64,000 nucleotides of DNA from Adineta vaga (taxonomy: Eukaryota > Animalia > Rotifera): positions 10,602,001 through 10,666,000 of the forward strand of contig CP075492.1 of the NCBI GenBank assembly GCA_021613535.1, read 5' to 3'. Below, piece after piece: positions 24,975 to 38,079 of this stretch. Every line of letters starts with the position of its first letter. Position 1 is the first letter of the stretch. Below the pieces are notes generated by a model, which searched no databases, was not told the origin of the DNA, and saw nothing but the letters and a program-made list of their open reading frames with translations. A program made the position numbers and the translations under genes.

Positions 24975-25707
24975 ATGGCTCGTCTATCTTGTGGACTTCA
25001 ATGGACCCGTTGGATACTCTTAGTACTGAACATCATATTTCTCCTCATCGGTTGTTCAATATTAGGTTCAGGAATTTATATTAAAATCAATGGAAATAAA
25101 ACAACGATTATCGTTCTTTATAATGTAGCACAAGCAATGGGAGATGAGGCAATACAACATTTGGAAGGATGATGATTATTATCGGTGCAGTCATCTCTAG
25201 TCTAGCTTTCTTCGGTTATTTTGGTGTTCTATGTCGTAATCGAATTCTACTCTATCTATATTCGATGGTTCTTTCAATGATTATCATATTTCAATTTATA
25301 AGTCTTATTATAACATTAAGTCTCCATAATGATTTATGGGAATCATATGATTTAGGTTTTAGAAAGGTATTTCAACGTGCTCATCGTATAACCAAACTGA
25401 TATCATTAGAATTATTTCAAAATTCGAACAAGATTTCAAATGTTGTGGTGTTGATAGTTTAACAGATTATGTTAAATTAGATTATCAAATTCCTTTATCA
25501 TGTTATCCTAATCAAATATTACAAGATAAACCATTTAATCAAGGTTGTGCTGAAGCAATTGTTATTTGGATATGGACTGAATTACCGATAATTGCTGGAA
25601 TATTCGGTAGTGTCTTATTAATTGAAATATTCGGTGTTATCTCAGCATTAGTATTAGGTGTGGCAATTGCACATCCAACAAATACTGATTTCTATTATAA
25701 AATGTAA
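24975..25707 (+). pseudogene. Tetraspanin paralog with two frameshifts, intronless
   Basis: The MARLSCGLQW start resembles copy 1. Homology moves to a new frame near 25165 and again near 25390. CCG is at 25441 and the stop at 25705-25707. Could be sequencing error. Confidence 0.75.
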
Positions 25708-28700
25708 ATCTTCTTATATATTTTGAAATATGCTATGCTATTTTTGTAAAAGAAATAAATACTCATTTGAATCAATTAGTCGAAATCTCATGTTTGTCTA
25801 TACTACTTATAGATACGTTAACTGAAAATAGTTTGATAGTGTTTTTGATATTCATTGTCAATAGTAAATCTAGTCTAACTTACAAGGATAAATGCATTGA
25901 AAATACTACAATATTCTTTTCTTCATAAACTATGGGATTATATTCGGAGGTTTCATGTTGATAACAGATAATTATATAGCGTCTGCATCAACAATTTTAG
26001 ATTATTTGTTTTATTTCCAGGAGATGTCTCATCGATTTTTCTTTCTCCGTTCTTTTCACTAGTATTTGGAATATTTTGTCTAGAAGAAGAAAAGGAAGAA
26101 GAAAAAACATTTTCTATTTATATTTTTTTTACTTACAACAGTAACATCAGTATCCTATTCAAGTAAGTGCTTACTCATAAGGACGATTATTGCAAGAAAA
26201 GAATTACCTAAATATCCAGTCGTCAATAAACTAGCGTATACACTTTTTTCATCGCTTCAGACACTCAATGACACATAGAAGCCAGTCAAACAATCGCGAG
26301 TTAGGGCAAGGTCATTGTTACCGATCAATTGTAGTAAAAATTCTGTATGTCTAATCTGACGATATTATAAAAATAACAAATAAGGAAGGGGGTAATTCTA
26401 TTGACCTATAATTGATTCAGAAGAAATTCAAAGTAATGAAAAAAAAACTCAATTGATTTGTCTTCTTTTGTCGCATAACAAATCCGTCGTAATTCTTTTG
26501 ATCGATAATATTCATTGGCTAAGTATGAGAAAAAAGCAAGTGACACGCATAATTTATCTTTCATTTTTTCCAATCACATATCGAAGGATATTTCAGTAAC
26601 ACTCGAAATGTAATTATTCACCTGTTGAAAGTTACGTAATTCACACGTATACTTCTCTATGTATGGACGTATGAAATCGAATCAAACTTATAATCGATCA
26701 TCAGTGTATTCTATGTGAAAAAATCAGTGCACACAGTTGAATGATAATGATGATGATGATGATCGTAACCTATATGAAACAAAACAAATTGACTCTGAGG
26801 AATCTTTATTCTTATACTCGTGAATAGATTGGTCATTATTTGGATTAGTATCGTCCTATTAAGATGACCTTGTAGTGATTTTCTTTCTTTCTTCTTCTTC
26901 TTCTTCTTTTTTTTGATCTTTCATTCTTAATTGCTGTTTGTATACATATATATATATATGGATATTTAGTTGCTAACACTGCAAGAAATGATGTAAGTGA
27001 TGTAATAGCCTTGTTGACATTGATGCTGAGCAGAATAATCAGAAATCTTTGTTGATTTATACTTTTCATTCACTTGACATTTGATGATTGGATTAATGAA
27101 CGGACAGTCGAGCGTGCGATCATGTCAGTGTATCAGCTCAAATTTGTTTTCTTTTCACTTTTGATTATCGTCTTCAACTAAAATCTTCTCATCATATTTC
27201 TTCTGAATCACGTATAGGTCTATTTGATCGTTTGTTCACATACATATAGAACAAGATTTGTACAGATGATATGTCCTACGCACGATCGACCATCCATACT
27301 GTAGTGTATAATATATCCGATTTTTGATCTCACACATCCCGCAAGTTAATGATGTAAAAAAAACTGATGATGACAATCAGTTTCTTTTTTCACTAAGCAA
27401 ATGCTGTCAGCAAATGTCCCTCATCTGCTTTTCATCACTCTTTTTTTTCAACGTTCTTTTTTTAATGTGTGTCATGTCTAATAATCAATAATAAGAACAG
27501 CATTTCAAAGATATAGGTATACATGTACAATATTTAAAAAAGTGTACATCACTTTTTTTTCTTTCTATTTCTTTTCGATCGCCGATCGTTTTTTTTCTTC
27601 GTCTTCACGTAGTAGTTGATAGGTGTATATATTTCTGTCAAGAGAACTCGTCAATAAATGTGTTATCTTCAGGTAATACTAAATGAGAAGTGACAGTTTT
27701 GTTTAGTAGACTTGACGTTGTCCAGTATGACGAAACATTCACGCGCGCGCACACGAGAGGGAAAGAGAACTTCTTGGTTTATTCTTTTCATCTCCGTACA
27801 TACTTATACGGAAGAATAATATTATTCATTGGTACAGAGAGAGAGAGTATTTCTTATATTATTTTGAATCGCAATGTCAAGATCTTGTATAGTTTCATTG
27901 ATTACCGATTTATTGATCATTATCGTGTCTTTTGTTGAACATTTCCGTACTATACACTTATATAGTTATGACCTTAATACGAATGGATAGTACCATATGA
28001 ATGACCGGAGGCATAAGAATCGATTATACGCCCTACTGTTTATAGCAGCCTTTCATCATTAACAAGAGAGAAGAAATAGTCGTAGGAATATTTAATCTTT
28101 TCATCATCGGACAATACAATTCATCAATAGGAAACTAGATCAATTCTCAATAGAACGTCCGTTTCATTTCATTTCATGCAGTAGTCGTTTGTATTCATCT
28201 GTTTGACACGATCATACATGTACATATATTTATATGCGTGCATGTAATGACACTAGGTAACACAATCGATGTCTCTTCGCATTTGAGTACTTTTCTCTTT
28301 TTTTTTGTCTTCTTTCAATAATTATTTACCTCGTGATTATTCAATGTATTCCTTGTTCGTCTTACAAATTGAATTGTATTCTTGTTGATGTTGATTGTTG
28401 TTATTGACGTAGTATCTACAATCAATAGACCCTTCACTATTCAATTGACTCTTATGTATGTCTGGGTGTAAATTTCTTTTTCTCTTCTTCTATCAGTAGT
28501 TTTTAATCATACTTGATATTCTTACCTACTTACTTACTTACTTATATAAAACAAAAAGAAAAGGTGAAGAGACGGAATGTTATTGTTTAAGTTGTTGTAT
28601 GACAGTCGATAAAAATGTCAAATATTCGACTATTACTCTAATGAGAAAGACGTTCAATATACGAAGGTTAATCTCTTTTTTCATTCGTATGTCTATTCTT

Positions 28701-28835
28701 TTCTTCTTTCCTATGAGATGTTGATTGATGAAGATGAGGTCGTGCTCTGATACACCTGCGATTTTTTTTTCATTCTTCTTTCTTCATCAATCTTGATTAT
28801 TTCTGCTTTTCTTTTTGGAAAGTCGATCATTTTAG

Positions 28836-31234
28836 ATGATGTTTCTACTTCTCTATTTCCTCCTACTGATTTCTGCGATTGAAACTTGTCCTTTAAAAAC
28901 TGTCGATATTCGTTCGGGATGTTATTGTGGTATTGAAATCGATGGAATGAATTATATTCAATGTCAGCCATATTCAATTAATAACGTACCAGAATTTACT
29001 CGTTCCTATGTTCATGATAAATTAAATCTTTCGAATAATTTCATCGAAAGTTTAACCAACAAATCATTTCATCAATTGAAAGTCAAACGTATTTATCTGG
29101 AAAATAATCCCATCACATTCATTGATAAACAAACATTCAATCAAAATAATCTTCTACATTATCTTGAAGAACTTTCTATTGAATCATTAAATCAAACTAT
29201 TGAATTTCTTTGTTATGGTACATGGAAAAATCTTCGTTTTTTGAAATTATCTGGTTTTAATCTCAATCAATTTCAATTTTGTTTCGATAAAATTTCTCGT
29301 CTCGAACGATTAATTATTCAACATTCACAAATCAATATCATTTCTTATCATATATACAAACTTCCATTTCTCTATGAACTTTCCGTAATTAATAATTCAA
29401 TTCAATATTTCAATTTTGATGAACAATATCTATCACATTCATCATCGATTCGAATATTAAATCTAACATCGAATCAACTTCGATCAATACCAAAAGATTT
29501 GAATATTCGTCTACCACATTTAATTACATTAGATCTTTCATATAATTTATTTGATCAAGTGCCAATCATTAATGAAATTACGACATTAAATATGAATTTA
29601 AGTTTTAATTTAATAAATTATATTCAATTAAATCTCTATGAACATTTCATTCTTGATCTATCTTCAAATCCAATTTGTACAATAGAGAAAAGCATGGATT
29701 TTTCAAATATATTAATGAATAATTTAACTCATCTTCATTGTGATTGTCGATTAGGATTTATTTTCAATGATAATCTAACGAATTATTTGGGAAATCAAAC
29801 AAAATGTTTGACACCAACGAAATTCAAAGGATTATATATTCAAGATTTAACTTATGAACAATTGATGAGTACATGTTCAGTAGAATTACCAAACTATTGT
29901 AAAGAAGTAACAAATTTTCAAGAAATTCAACAATATACAATTAGTTCGATGGAAACAACTGAATTTATGATACGGGACGAGGAAAATATAACTCAGTGTA
30001 AGTTTGAATCTTTTCATATAATGTTCATGACATAAAGGTTGAATAATACAATTAATCGGATTGTCTATTACATCATTTGATACTTATCTTTTATTGAATG
30101 ATTTTTGTCCTTAATCGAATTTAATAAGCTTGAAAAAAACAAATTTTCTCTCATGAAACCGAACGTAATTAGTATAATTAATTTAAATGAAGAAGGTAAA
30201 AAAAATAGTTGATACGATATCCAATCTATCAAGGTTATCTTTCATTAATAAGACTCATCAATGACTATGATGAGCTTGTCAACTAGATTTCTATTGATAT
30301 GATAACAAGTCAATTTTATTTTGTCTTTTTAGCCACTGAAATTGCTGAAAAACTCAATATTGATGAAAATGTAATTCCTTCATTTCGTCTAACATCATTT
30401 CATACACTCTATGAAAATAATGATCTGTTAGTCTATTGGGATTTCGATATAACGTCCTCATCAAAAGATCTTGTCTCAACACAATTTCAAATAATTGTTG
30501 AACAAGAATCAGAAACTATTCGACGTAGTCAATATCTTTCACCATATCTTAAACAATATATTATACGTCATTTACCATCGAATAAAAATTATTATGTTTG
30601 TTTAATATTAACACGAACATTCTATGGAACAGATAAATATTGTCGACAAACGAATACGTCAGTACATCAAACCTTTTCACAAATGTTATTTGTAAATCGA
30701 TCAATTCTATTCGGATTTCTTACTGGTACAATTCTTACGGCTTGTCTATTAGTTACATTAGCATTTATTTGTCATTTACAATACAAACGAAAACATTCAC
30801 TGACATTATTTCCTCTTCATCAACAAGAATCACATTATATGTATATCAATCGAAATGATGATGATGGAACTTATTCACATTCAATTATTTCATCTCAATC
30901 ACCAAAATATCCCTATTCGAAGAGATCCCACCGACGTCGAACATATCTTGCACCTGTACCATCATGGTATCAACCGAATTCAAAACCAATATCAACAATA
31001 CCACGTTCACCTTGTTGTTTTTCACAATATCATAATCGAACATTAAGTGATTGTACAACAACTAATCGTATGCCAAGTGTATCATCGGAATATAGTAATG
31101 GAATTGATAAAGAACAAATGACATCAACATCAATAATGAGTAATATGAGTTCGGATGAACAACATAGTAATATTATTCAAAATCCAGCAAAACATGTCTA
31201 TGAAGATATTGGTGATGATAGTTTACTTCTTTAA
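28836..31234 (+). CDS. LRR-FN3 single-pass transmembrane receptor
   Basis: Signal peptide, LRRNT (CP...CYC), LxLxxN repeats and LRRCT (LHCDC...KC..P). After the intron (~29998-30331) come an FN3-like domain, a TM helix and a cytoplasmic tail with HVYEDI. Confidence 0.85.
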
Positions 31235-32007
31235 TACTTATATGTTTCTCACTTCTTCTTTTTTCTTTCCTTTTTTCTGTCATTGGTGTTGAAAGTATTT
31301 AATTAGAAATTATTTGTATGATAAATTATATTTTCTTTTTAGACTAATAAATTATCAAAAAAAAAACAAAGATCTTCATCATGACTGTGTGTGGAGATGT
31401 TCACATCAACCATAATCCGCCTCTCAAAGCATTTCCAGTGGGTTTGCCCCTTTGGAAAGAGAGAGAGACTGATAACCTTTACTTGTTTGTTTCATATTAT
31501 TGCTAGTAGAAATCAGTTATGAAATGCAACGTAAAATACGATTGATTGATTTCTTTCAGTAGATTTCTTTAGTATAATTATAAAAAAAAAGGACGAATAG
31601 ATTGTATTGAAATAGTTTCTGCCCTATCGTTTTGTAATGCTCAGAAATCAATGTAGAATATACTGAATAATGTTAGCATGTTGATGAAAGGATACGATTG
31701 TCAGTTACTGTTTTCAGTAATACAAATAGAGACCAAAGCATTCGTATTTTTTCTCTCTCTCTCTCTTACATCTCTCTGGTAATAATGAAAAATGTTACTA
31801 AAAGTCTTCCGAAAGTTATTATTATCAATACATATTTCTTTGCAATGTTTTATTTTCATAAATAATCAATCAATTTTTTATGTATAGATCACTGAAAGAA
31901 AAAGAACAAAGCATCGGTTTTTCATAGGTATGTGCAGAAGAATTGTCTCTATCGAATATATTGTATAATTGAATTTAGAATACAGTTGCAAGTTAAAATC
32001 AGACGAA

Positions 32008-32265
32008 ATGCGATCTTTTACACCTCAAATACATTATACATGTCAAACACCTGATTGTACCAATCGTTGTTCTCGAAAGCATAAAGTTTCTTCTCTGCCT
32101 ATTGCTACTATAAATACATGCTATCTTTCACTTTTATATAGTCGTGCTCTCTATTATCATCTAACATATTTTGTTTGTGAAAAATGTGATCGCGATGATG
32201 AATATCATTATTATCAATGTCGCAAGTGTAAACATGTCTATTGTTATGATTGTTGTTTTAAATAA
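32008..32265 (+). CDS. Small Cys/His-rich putative zinc-binding protein (DC1/C1-like)
   Basis: C-terminal CEKC...YQCRKCKHVYCYDC and N-terminal CSRKH. Confidence 0.55.
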   Translation: MRSFTPQIHYTCQTPDCTNRCSRKHKVSSLPIATINTCYLSLLYSRALYYHLTYFVCEKCDRDDEYHYYQCRKCKHVYCYDCCFK

Positions 32266-32585
32266 ATCCTCATGTATTTCAAATCTATTCGACTACTAGT
32301 GACATCTGCGTTCGCATCTATTTTCTTAAAACAAAACATAATTTTGTCTTTTCCTTTATGTTATATAAGGTGCAGAATCAATTTTTATTCATTTGTTCTT
32401 CTAATAATCGTAGTTTTATGTAAGTAAACGCCTCTCTCTAATTGGCACTGTGTTATGCATTGTCGAACAAATCACAACTTTGTAAGATCCGTTGCGGAGG
32501 CCACGTCGGCCGCGTTTTTGCATGAGAAAAATCCAGTTCCGCGAAGCATTTTCTCGATCAATTTCAGTCTTCTAATCTTCAGATC

Positions 32586-35535
32586 ATGGTTAAAAAGAAG
32601 CTGAACATGTCACTTTTTTCTACAATAGTTCAACAAATCAATCCTGAATCATCATCATCATCATCAGGAGCAGAATTTCATCGTATTGACAACGAATATT
32701 TTGCTGCATTTGATTCTCTCGATGACATTCAAAAGTTTCATAATAAAATCATCGAAAAACAAACAATGAGTACAGATCTAGAAGAAACAGATGATCAAAG
32801 TGAATCCGAAGATAATGAAATGGATATGAAATCATTTGCTCAACAATTTCTCATCGATTCACCTGAACTCATACCAATACCGTCAAAAACTAGTTCAAAT
32901 CAAATAACGGAAGAAAAAGAAATGACATCTGTAAATACGAATATGGAAATGAAAAGAAAAAGACAACGACGAAATATTCGAGATTTACCGCAATCAAGTA
33001 ATTTTATATTTATGTCCGATGATGATAATGTTCATGGAAATAGTGTCTATAATTTCAAAGAAAAACGATCTTCTTTTCGTCCGAATCGAATCGCTTATGA
33101 AGATATGAGCTCTATTCTTCTAACATTAGAAGTTAAACAAAAGAAATCAAAGAGAAATTCATCAAAATTAGATACTCAAGAACCAACGATAGCCATTGAA
33201 TTAGCAGAACCGTCGATAATTAAAAATGAACCAATCGAACAGGAACAAGTTTGTTTGAATTATTTAATCAAGAAAAAAATCAAGAAATTGAATTAAATAC
33301 TCTTTCATTTTAGCTGATTATTACTCATGTCACTGAAGCAAAAGAAGAACCAGTAGAAATAAATGTAATGGATATTTATCTTTTACAGATTCTTATTTAT
33401 TCGTTCATTGTCTTTCTATGTAGGTTATTTCAACAGGTCCGATGGGTTTTGGAACATCTGAATTGTAAATACTAAATTTTGAAGTAAAATTTGTACGAAC
33501 AATCTTCTTCTTTTATAGTTCGGGCCATTTGGATAATTATGTTCAAAATATTCATCATTCATGTTTAACAAATGTATCCGTATCGGAGTCGCCTCTATCA
33601 CGACCAAAACGTATTCGAAAACGAAAACGATTGTATATTGAAGAAAGTGAATCAATAGTTAAACCGAAGAGAATGCGCAAGAAACGACCACAATTAAACA
33701 TTACGTCTACTTTATTAACTGATGCAGAAATTGAACAACAGTTTGGTGAACGTTTATCACCAACAGTGAAATCTGAATGTAATGATGAAATAGTACAAAA
33801 TGTGATAGAATTTGAACCAATACCTCAAACACCGATTGAAAAAGCCCGAGCAAAATTAAAAAATGCAATAGGACGTAAGATTATTATTTCTATTCTTTAA
33901 CTTGAAATGAGAGAGAAGCGATTATATAACTGAATCTGTTAGAATGGTATAAATATGTTTAGATGGTCATGGTCCTGACACGTTCTTACTCAAGATTCGT
34001 TCTCGTGAAAGTAGAATGATTGAAGTTGAATTAGCCATCTATGGTACAGCTGATTGGTATTTGTATCGAACTAAAATTCTTTCGAAAATCGAAGAGGTAA
34101 GTGAAAGAAAATCAGTCGAATCTGATAAAATCTTCAATTATTTCACATTTCAAAGGCTCTTCGTGGTCTTCGTGTTAGTTGGACAAAGATAGACATTCGT
34201 GTTGATGATTTTGATGTACAAATTTGCACATCACCACAAGCAGCTTTAGCAATACCACCAACTTCGTTAACAAACAATAATTCTTCATGGTTTTTAAAAG
34301 CATTGAGTGAATGTGGCCCATTGATTGTTCATATTCATGATCGACGTTATCCTCATAAACGACATTTGATTAAATGTATCTGTTCACAATGTTCACCAAA
34401 TGATCAAACAATTGACTATGATTCTTTTCCACGAGCTTCACTACCGGTGATCGTTAATGTTTCTCCTGCAAAAGTATCACTTCATCGTTTGTCATCTCCA
34501 AGTATTCTTCGTAAAACTCATCAATCAATGAATTCATTCATATCTGCTTTTCCAACAATTCCAACAACTTTTTTCAAACATTTAATTCATCAACATGGTC
34601 TAAATACAGTCAATTCGATCACACAATCTCTTCTTGATTTAATCTTGATTGTCAGTGTTCATTCATCATTAGCTAATCTTCAATCATCGACAGAAGACTA
34701 TCAAACACGATATCAACACATTCTTGATCCAAAGAAATCTCTTTGTAATAACAGTGAAAATTTAACAGTATCGAAATCTTTTATTGAACCAGATATTTTA
34801 ACATTTGATCGTATTATCAAACAAAATAAAGTGAATATACGCAATGCTCAATGTAATTGTTCTTTTTCTTTTCTCGTCCTATTTATCATTCGTTTGTTTT
34901 CTCTTTAGCAATGAGAAGTGTAATTTTTCAACACATTCCACGCACATCATTATCTAATGTAGTTAAAACAACTACCTTAATTCTACCAAAACAAACAACG
35001 ACTCGTCGTTCATTGATTTTGAATCGTTCAAATAAACGTTGTCGAAATTCATTATCAACCAGTGATAATACTCACAACAATAATGGATTGAAACAACAAG
35101 CACATTTTACACCAATTATAGAATTAAAACCAATTCTAGGTGGACCAACAGTCACTGACGAAGAGCCCATTCGAAAAGTAACAAAAATTATTTCCACTAA
35201 TACAATACAAAAAGATTCACAACGTATCAATACGATCGTAAGTTTATTCTCATTAATTCTTTCAATTATCGAACGTTCTTTACTTTAGACTACACAAGAA
35301 ATCACTCCTCGTGTTATTCGATTATCCATTACAAAACCATCATTAACTTCGAATGCTATTCGTTTGATACCATCAATAGTGTCTCAACCGACGAATCCAT
35401 CAGAAAATTCACCATTAGTACCAAAACAAATTAATATTATCAAACCATTAAATTCATCATCGACTATGCCTGCGATAAAATTAACAAATCCTGTTCTTAT
35501 TTCAAATCGATCACAACACCCGTTGATTAAGTGAA
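32586..35535 (+). CDS. Multi-exon uncharacterised, probably nuclear protein
   Basis: ORFs 32586, 33529, 34303 and 34857 are linked by short GT-AG introns. It has basic NLS-like runs (RPKRIRKRKR) and a HLIKCICSQC motif. No family recognised. Confidence 0.6.
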
Positions 35536-35980
35536 ACAAAAAGTGTTTTTTTTTAAAGGATGACAACAAAAATCTGTATATTATTTGTTATAGAAGTTTT
35601 GACCGCTTTATTATTATTTTTTTGAAAATAAAAGTACGAAAACAAAACGGATACGAACCTTATCCAATGATCTCATTGTATTCATAATTCAAATATTTAC
35701 TAATGACTTTTCTTTGATTATGTTTAAAAATAGACATGATTTCGAATATTCACAAACTATTTTCAGTTCTTAATAGGAAGTATATTTGTGAGGAGAAATG
35801 CGTCATTTCTTTTTCGAAACAAAAAATGAATCTGAGTTTAATGCACTTCTATCCATAAAAGTTCGCGAACGGAATGAAGGAATCAAACGACTTTTATGTC
35901 AAAATATCTACGTTCAACATTCATCGAAGAATTTCATTACTATGCAGAAATTGTACCTATTCTGTTCTATAAAAATAAAA

Positions 35981-36053
35981 AGGTTCGAGCGAGGTTTGAA
36001 CTCGCGACCTTCTGCGTGTGAAGCAGACGTGATAACCACTACACCATCGAACC
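35981..36053 (-). tRNA. tRNA-Val(CAC)
   Basis: The reverse complement GGTTCGATGGTGTAGTGGTTATCACGTCTGCTTCACACGCAGAAGGTCGCGAGTTCAAACCTCGCTCGAACCT folds into a 73-nt cloverleaf with anticodon CAC. A T-run Pol III terminator follows immediately. Confidence 0.96.
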
Positions 36054-36185
36054 GTAGTACAATTGTTCGTATACAATACAATAGGTTCAATTCATTTATT
36101 TATTGAAGGCTTTTATATTTTATTGATCGATTTATAAGTGTTTTGAAAGAAGGCAAATCAATTGAGTTAGAAAAGTAAAGTATGA

Positions 36186-37916
36186 TTATTCATTGTTCAG
36201 ACGTTCAGATATTTCTGACGTTAATGCGATTGGTTCTTGTTTTGTTCGTCTTTGTTTATGTCGTCCATCTTCATAAAGTTTTGTTCTTAACTCAGGTAAT
36301 CCTTGGGATTGAGTTAGTGATGAAGACAATATATCTTCATCTAATGGTTTTCGAGGCGAAAATACTGTTGAAGTAGATAGTGATGCCGCAATTTCTTCAT
36401 TCTTATGTGTAGTAGTCGGTGGAGGAACTCCAAGTTTTGTGGCAATATCTAACATTGATTTATCAAGTTCACTTTGAGGACCAGAAACAGTACGTTGATT
36501 GTAGTATTGGTGAAATTGTTTTAGAGTACTTTCAATAGTTGATTGAGCAACATTGGAATTGTTTTGAAAAATAGCTAAATTGAGTAAAGTGGCCGGATTA
36601 GTTGGATCAAGTTTGAGCGAATATGTGAATGCGCGTAGAGCATTATCAAAATCATTTAATTTCGATAACGTTACACCTAATTAGATGATAGAAATTATTT
36701 TGCTTTAAGAAAAATTCTAACTCAAATTACCTAATAGCGCATAGCTAGGTGCATGTTTTCGATCTAACCGAATTGCTGATTGTAAAAAGATGGCAGCGGA
36801 TGCATGTTGTTGCAAATGTAAATGTACAAGTGCTAGATTATACAAGACATATAGTTCAAATGGTGCTAGATAATTTGCACGTTTCAAACAACTGACAGCA
36901 GCAACATATTTCTTTTTCGAAAAAAAACACATGCCAATATTATTCCATACTTGAGCACATTCAGGTTTTCGTCCATAAACAATACGATATTTTGATAAGG
37001 CAACATCCGCATCACCGTGTTTTTGAATAACTTGACATGCTGCCATAATCGCAGGAATATAGGTTGGACAAAAGGTTAATGCTGTACCAAAACATTCAAA
37101 TGCTTTTGTATAATTTGATTTCTAGAATAAGCGAAAGAAAAACGTAAGCAATGGATAAACTATAGATAAGTAAATGAAAAGGATATAAATTACTTCAAAT
37201 GCCATAAGACCAATTTTAGTAAAGAGTGTCGGTGATTCAGGATTTCGTCTTGCACCACGTTCAAAAACAGCTTCGGCTTCTTCTGGTTCATTTTCTAATA
37301 GATATATCTTTCCCAATGATAAATAAGAAGCTTCTTGCATTTCTGACACTTGTAAAGCTTGTAGAAAATATTTTTTTGCTTCTGTTAAATCATTAAGCTG
37401 GAAATAACATAAACCTAAATTATGGAGAACTTCCCAATCATTTGTTGTACGTGTTAATGTATCTTTATAAGCTTCAATAGCTAATCGATATCGTCCGAGT
37501 AATGCTAAAGATTTGCCAACTTGTTTTATATGAATAACAGATGGTTCTTCTATAACACATTTTTGAAAATAATCAAGTGCATCAATAATACGTCCTTCTT
37601 GTCGATGAACAAGAGCTTGAATATATGTCATATAGGTACTTTTATGAGATTGAATACGTATTAATTGTTGCAGACGATCATATTCACCGCGACCATACAT
37701 AATATGTAAAAGCCAATTGTATTTATCAATTGTCGATATGTCTTGTGGTGAATCTTTTGAAGACGAAACAGTTTTTGTTGTTGGTTTAAGAATTGAAGGA
37801 GGTAGAGAGAGAGTTGTTGTTGTTGTTGACGTAACCATTGCAAGATGGGATAGATTGAGTGCTGCTGTTAGTAATTGTTCAACACCATGTTTCTCACTTT
37901 TTTTCTCCATGCTCAT
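36186..37916 (-). CDS. BBS4: Bardet-Biedl syndrome 4 protein (TPR, BBSome)
   Basis: [31 protein letters not shown] and [30 protein letters not shown]. Three exons. Confidence 0.92.
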
Positions 37917-38066
37917 TAAATAGCCTATAGCAATACCTCTATTTCCAAAATTGATCTTTCTCTTAATCTTTGTATTGAAACATAAAATCTTTGAAACGTA
38001 CAGACGAAGAAACTGATAAGCAGTGGATTAATATTTATCAACGATTACGTTCATGAAAAAAGGACA

Positions 38067-38079
38067 ACTGCTTAGTAAC
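38067..38079. promoter_or_regulatory. X-box-like (RFX) element upstream of BBS4
   Basis: ACTGCTTAGTAAC fits RYYNYY-N-RRNRAC and lies ~150 nt upstream of the BBS4 ATG. Confidence 0.4.

Noticed and set aside
35798-36106. 102-aa plus-strand ORF
   Set aside because: It overlaps tRNA-Val on the opposite strand and shows no protein features.
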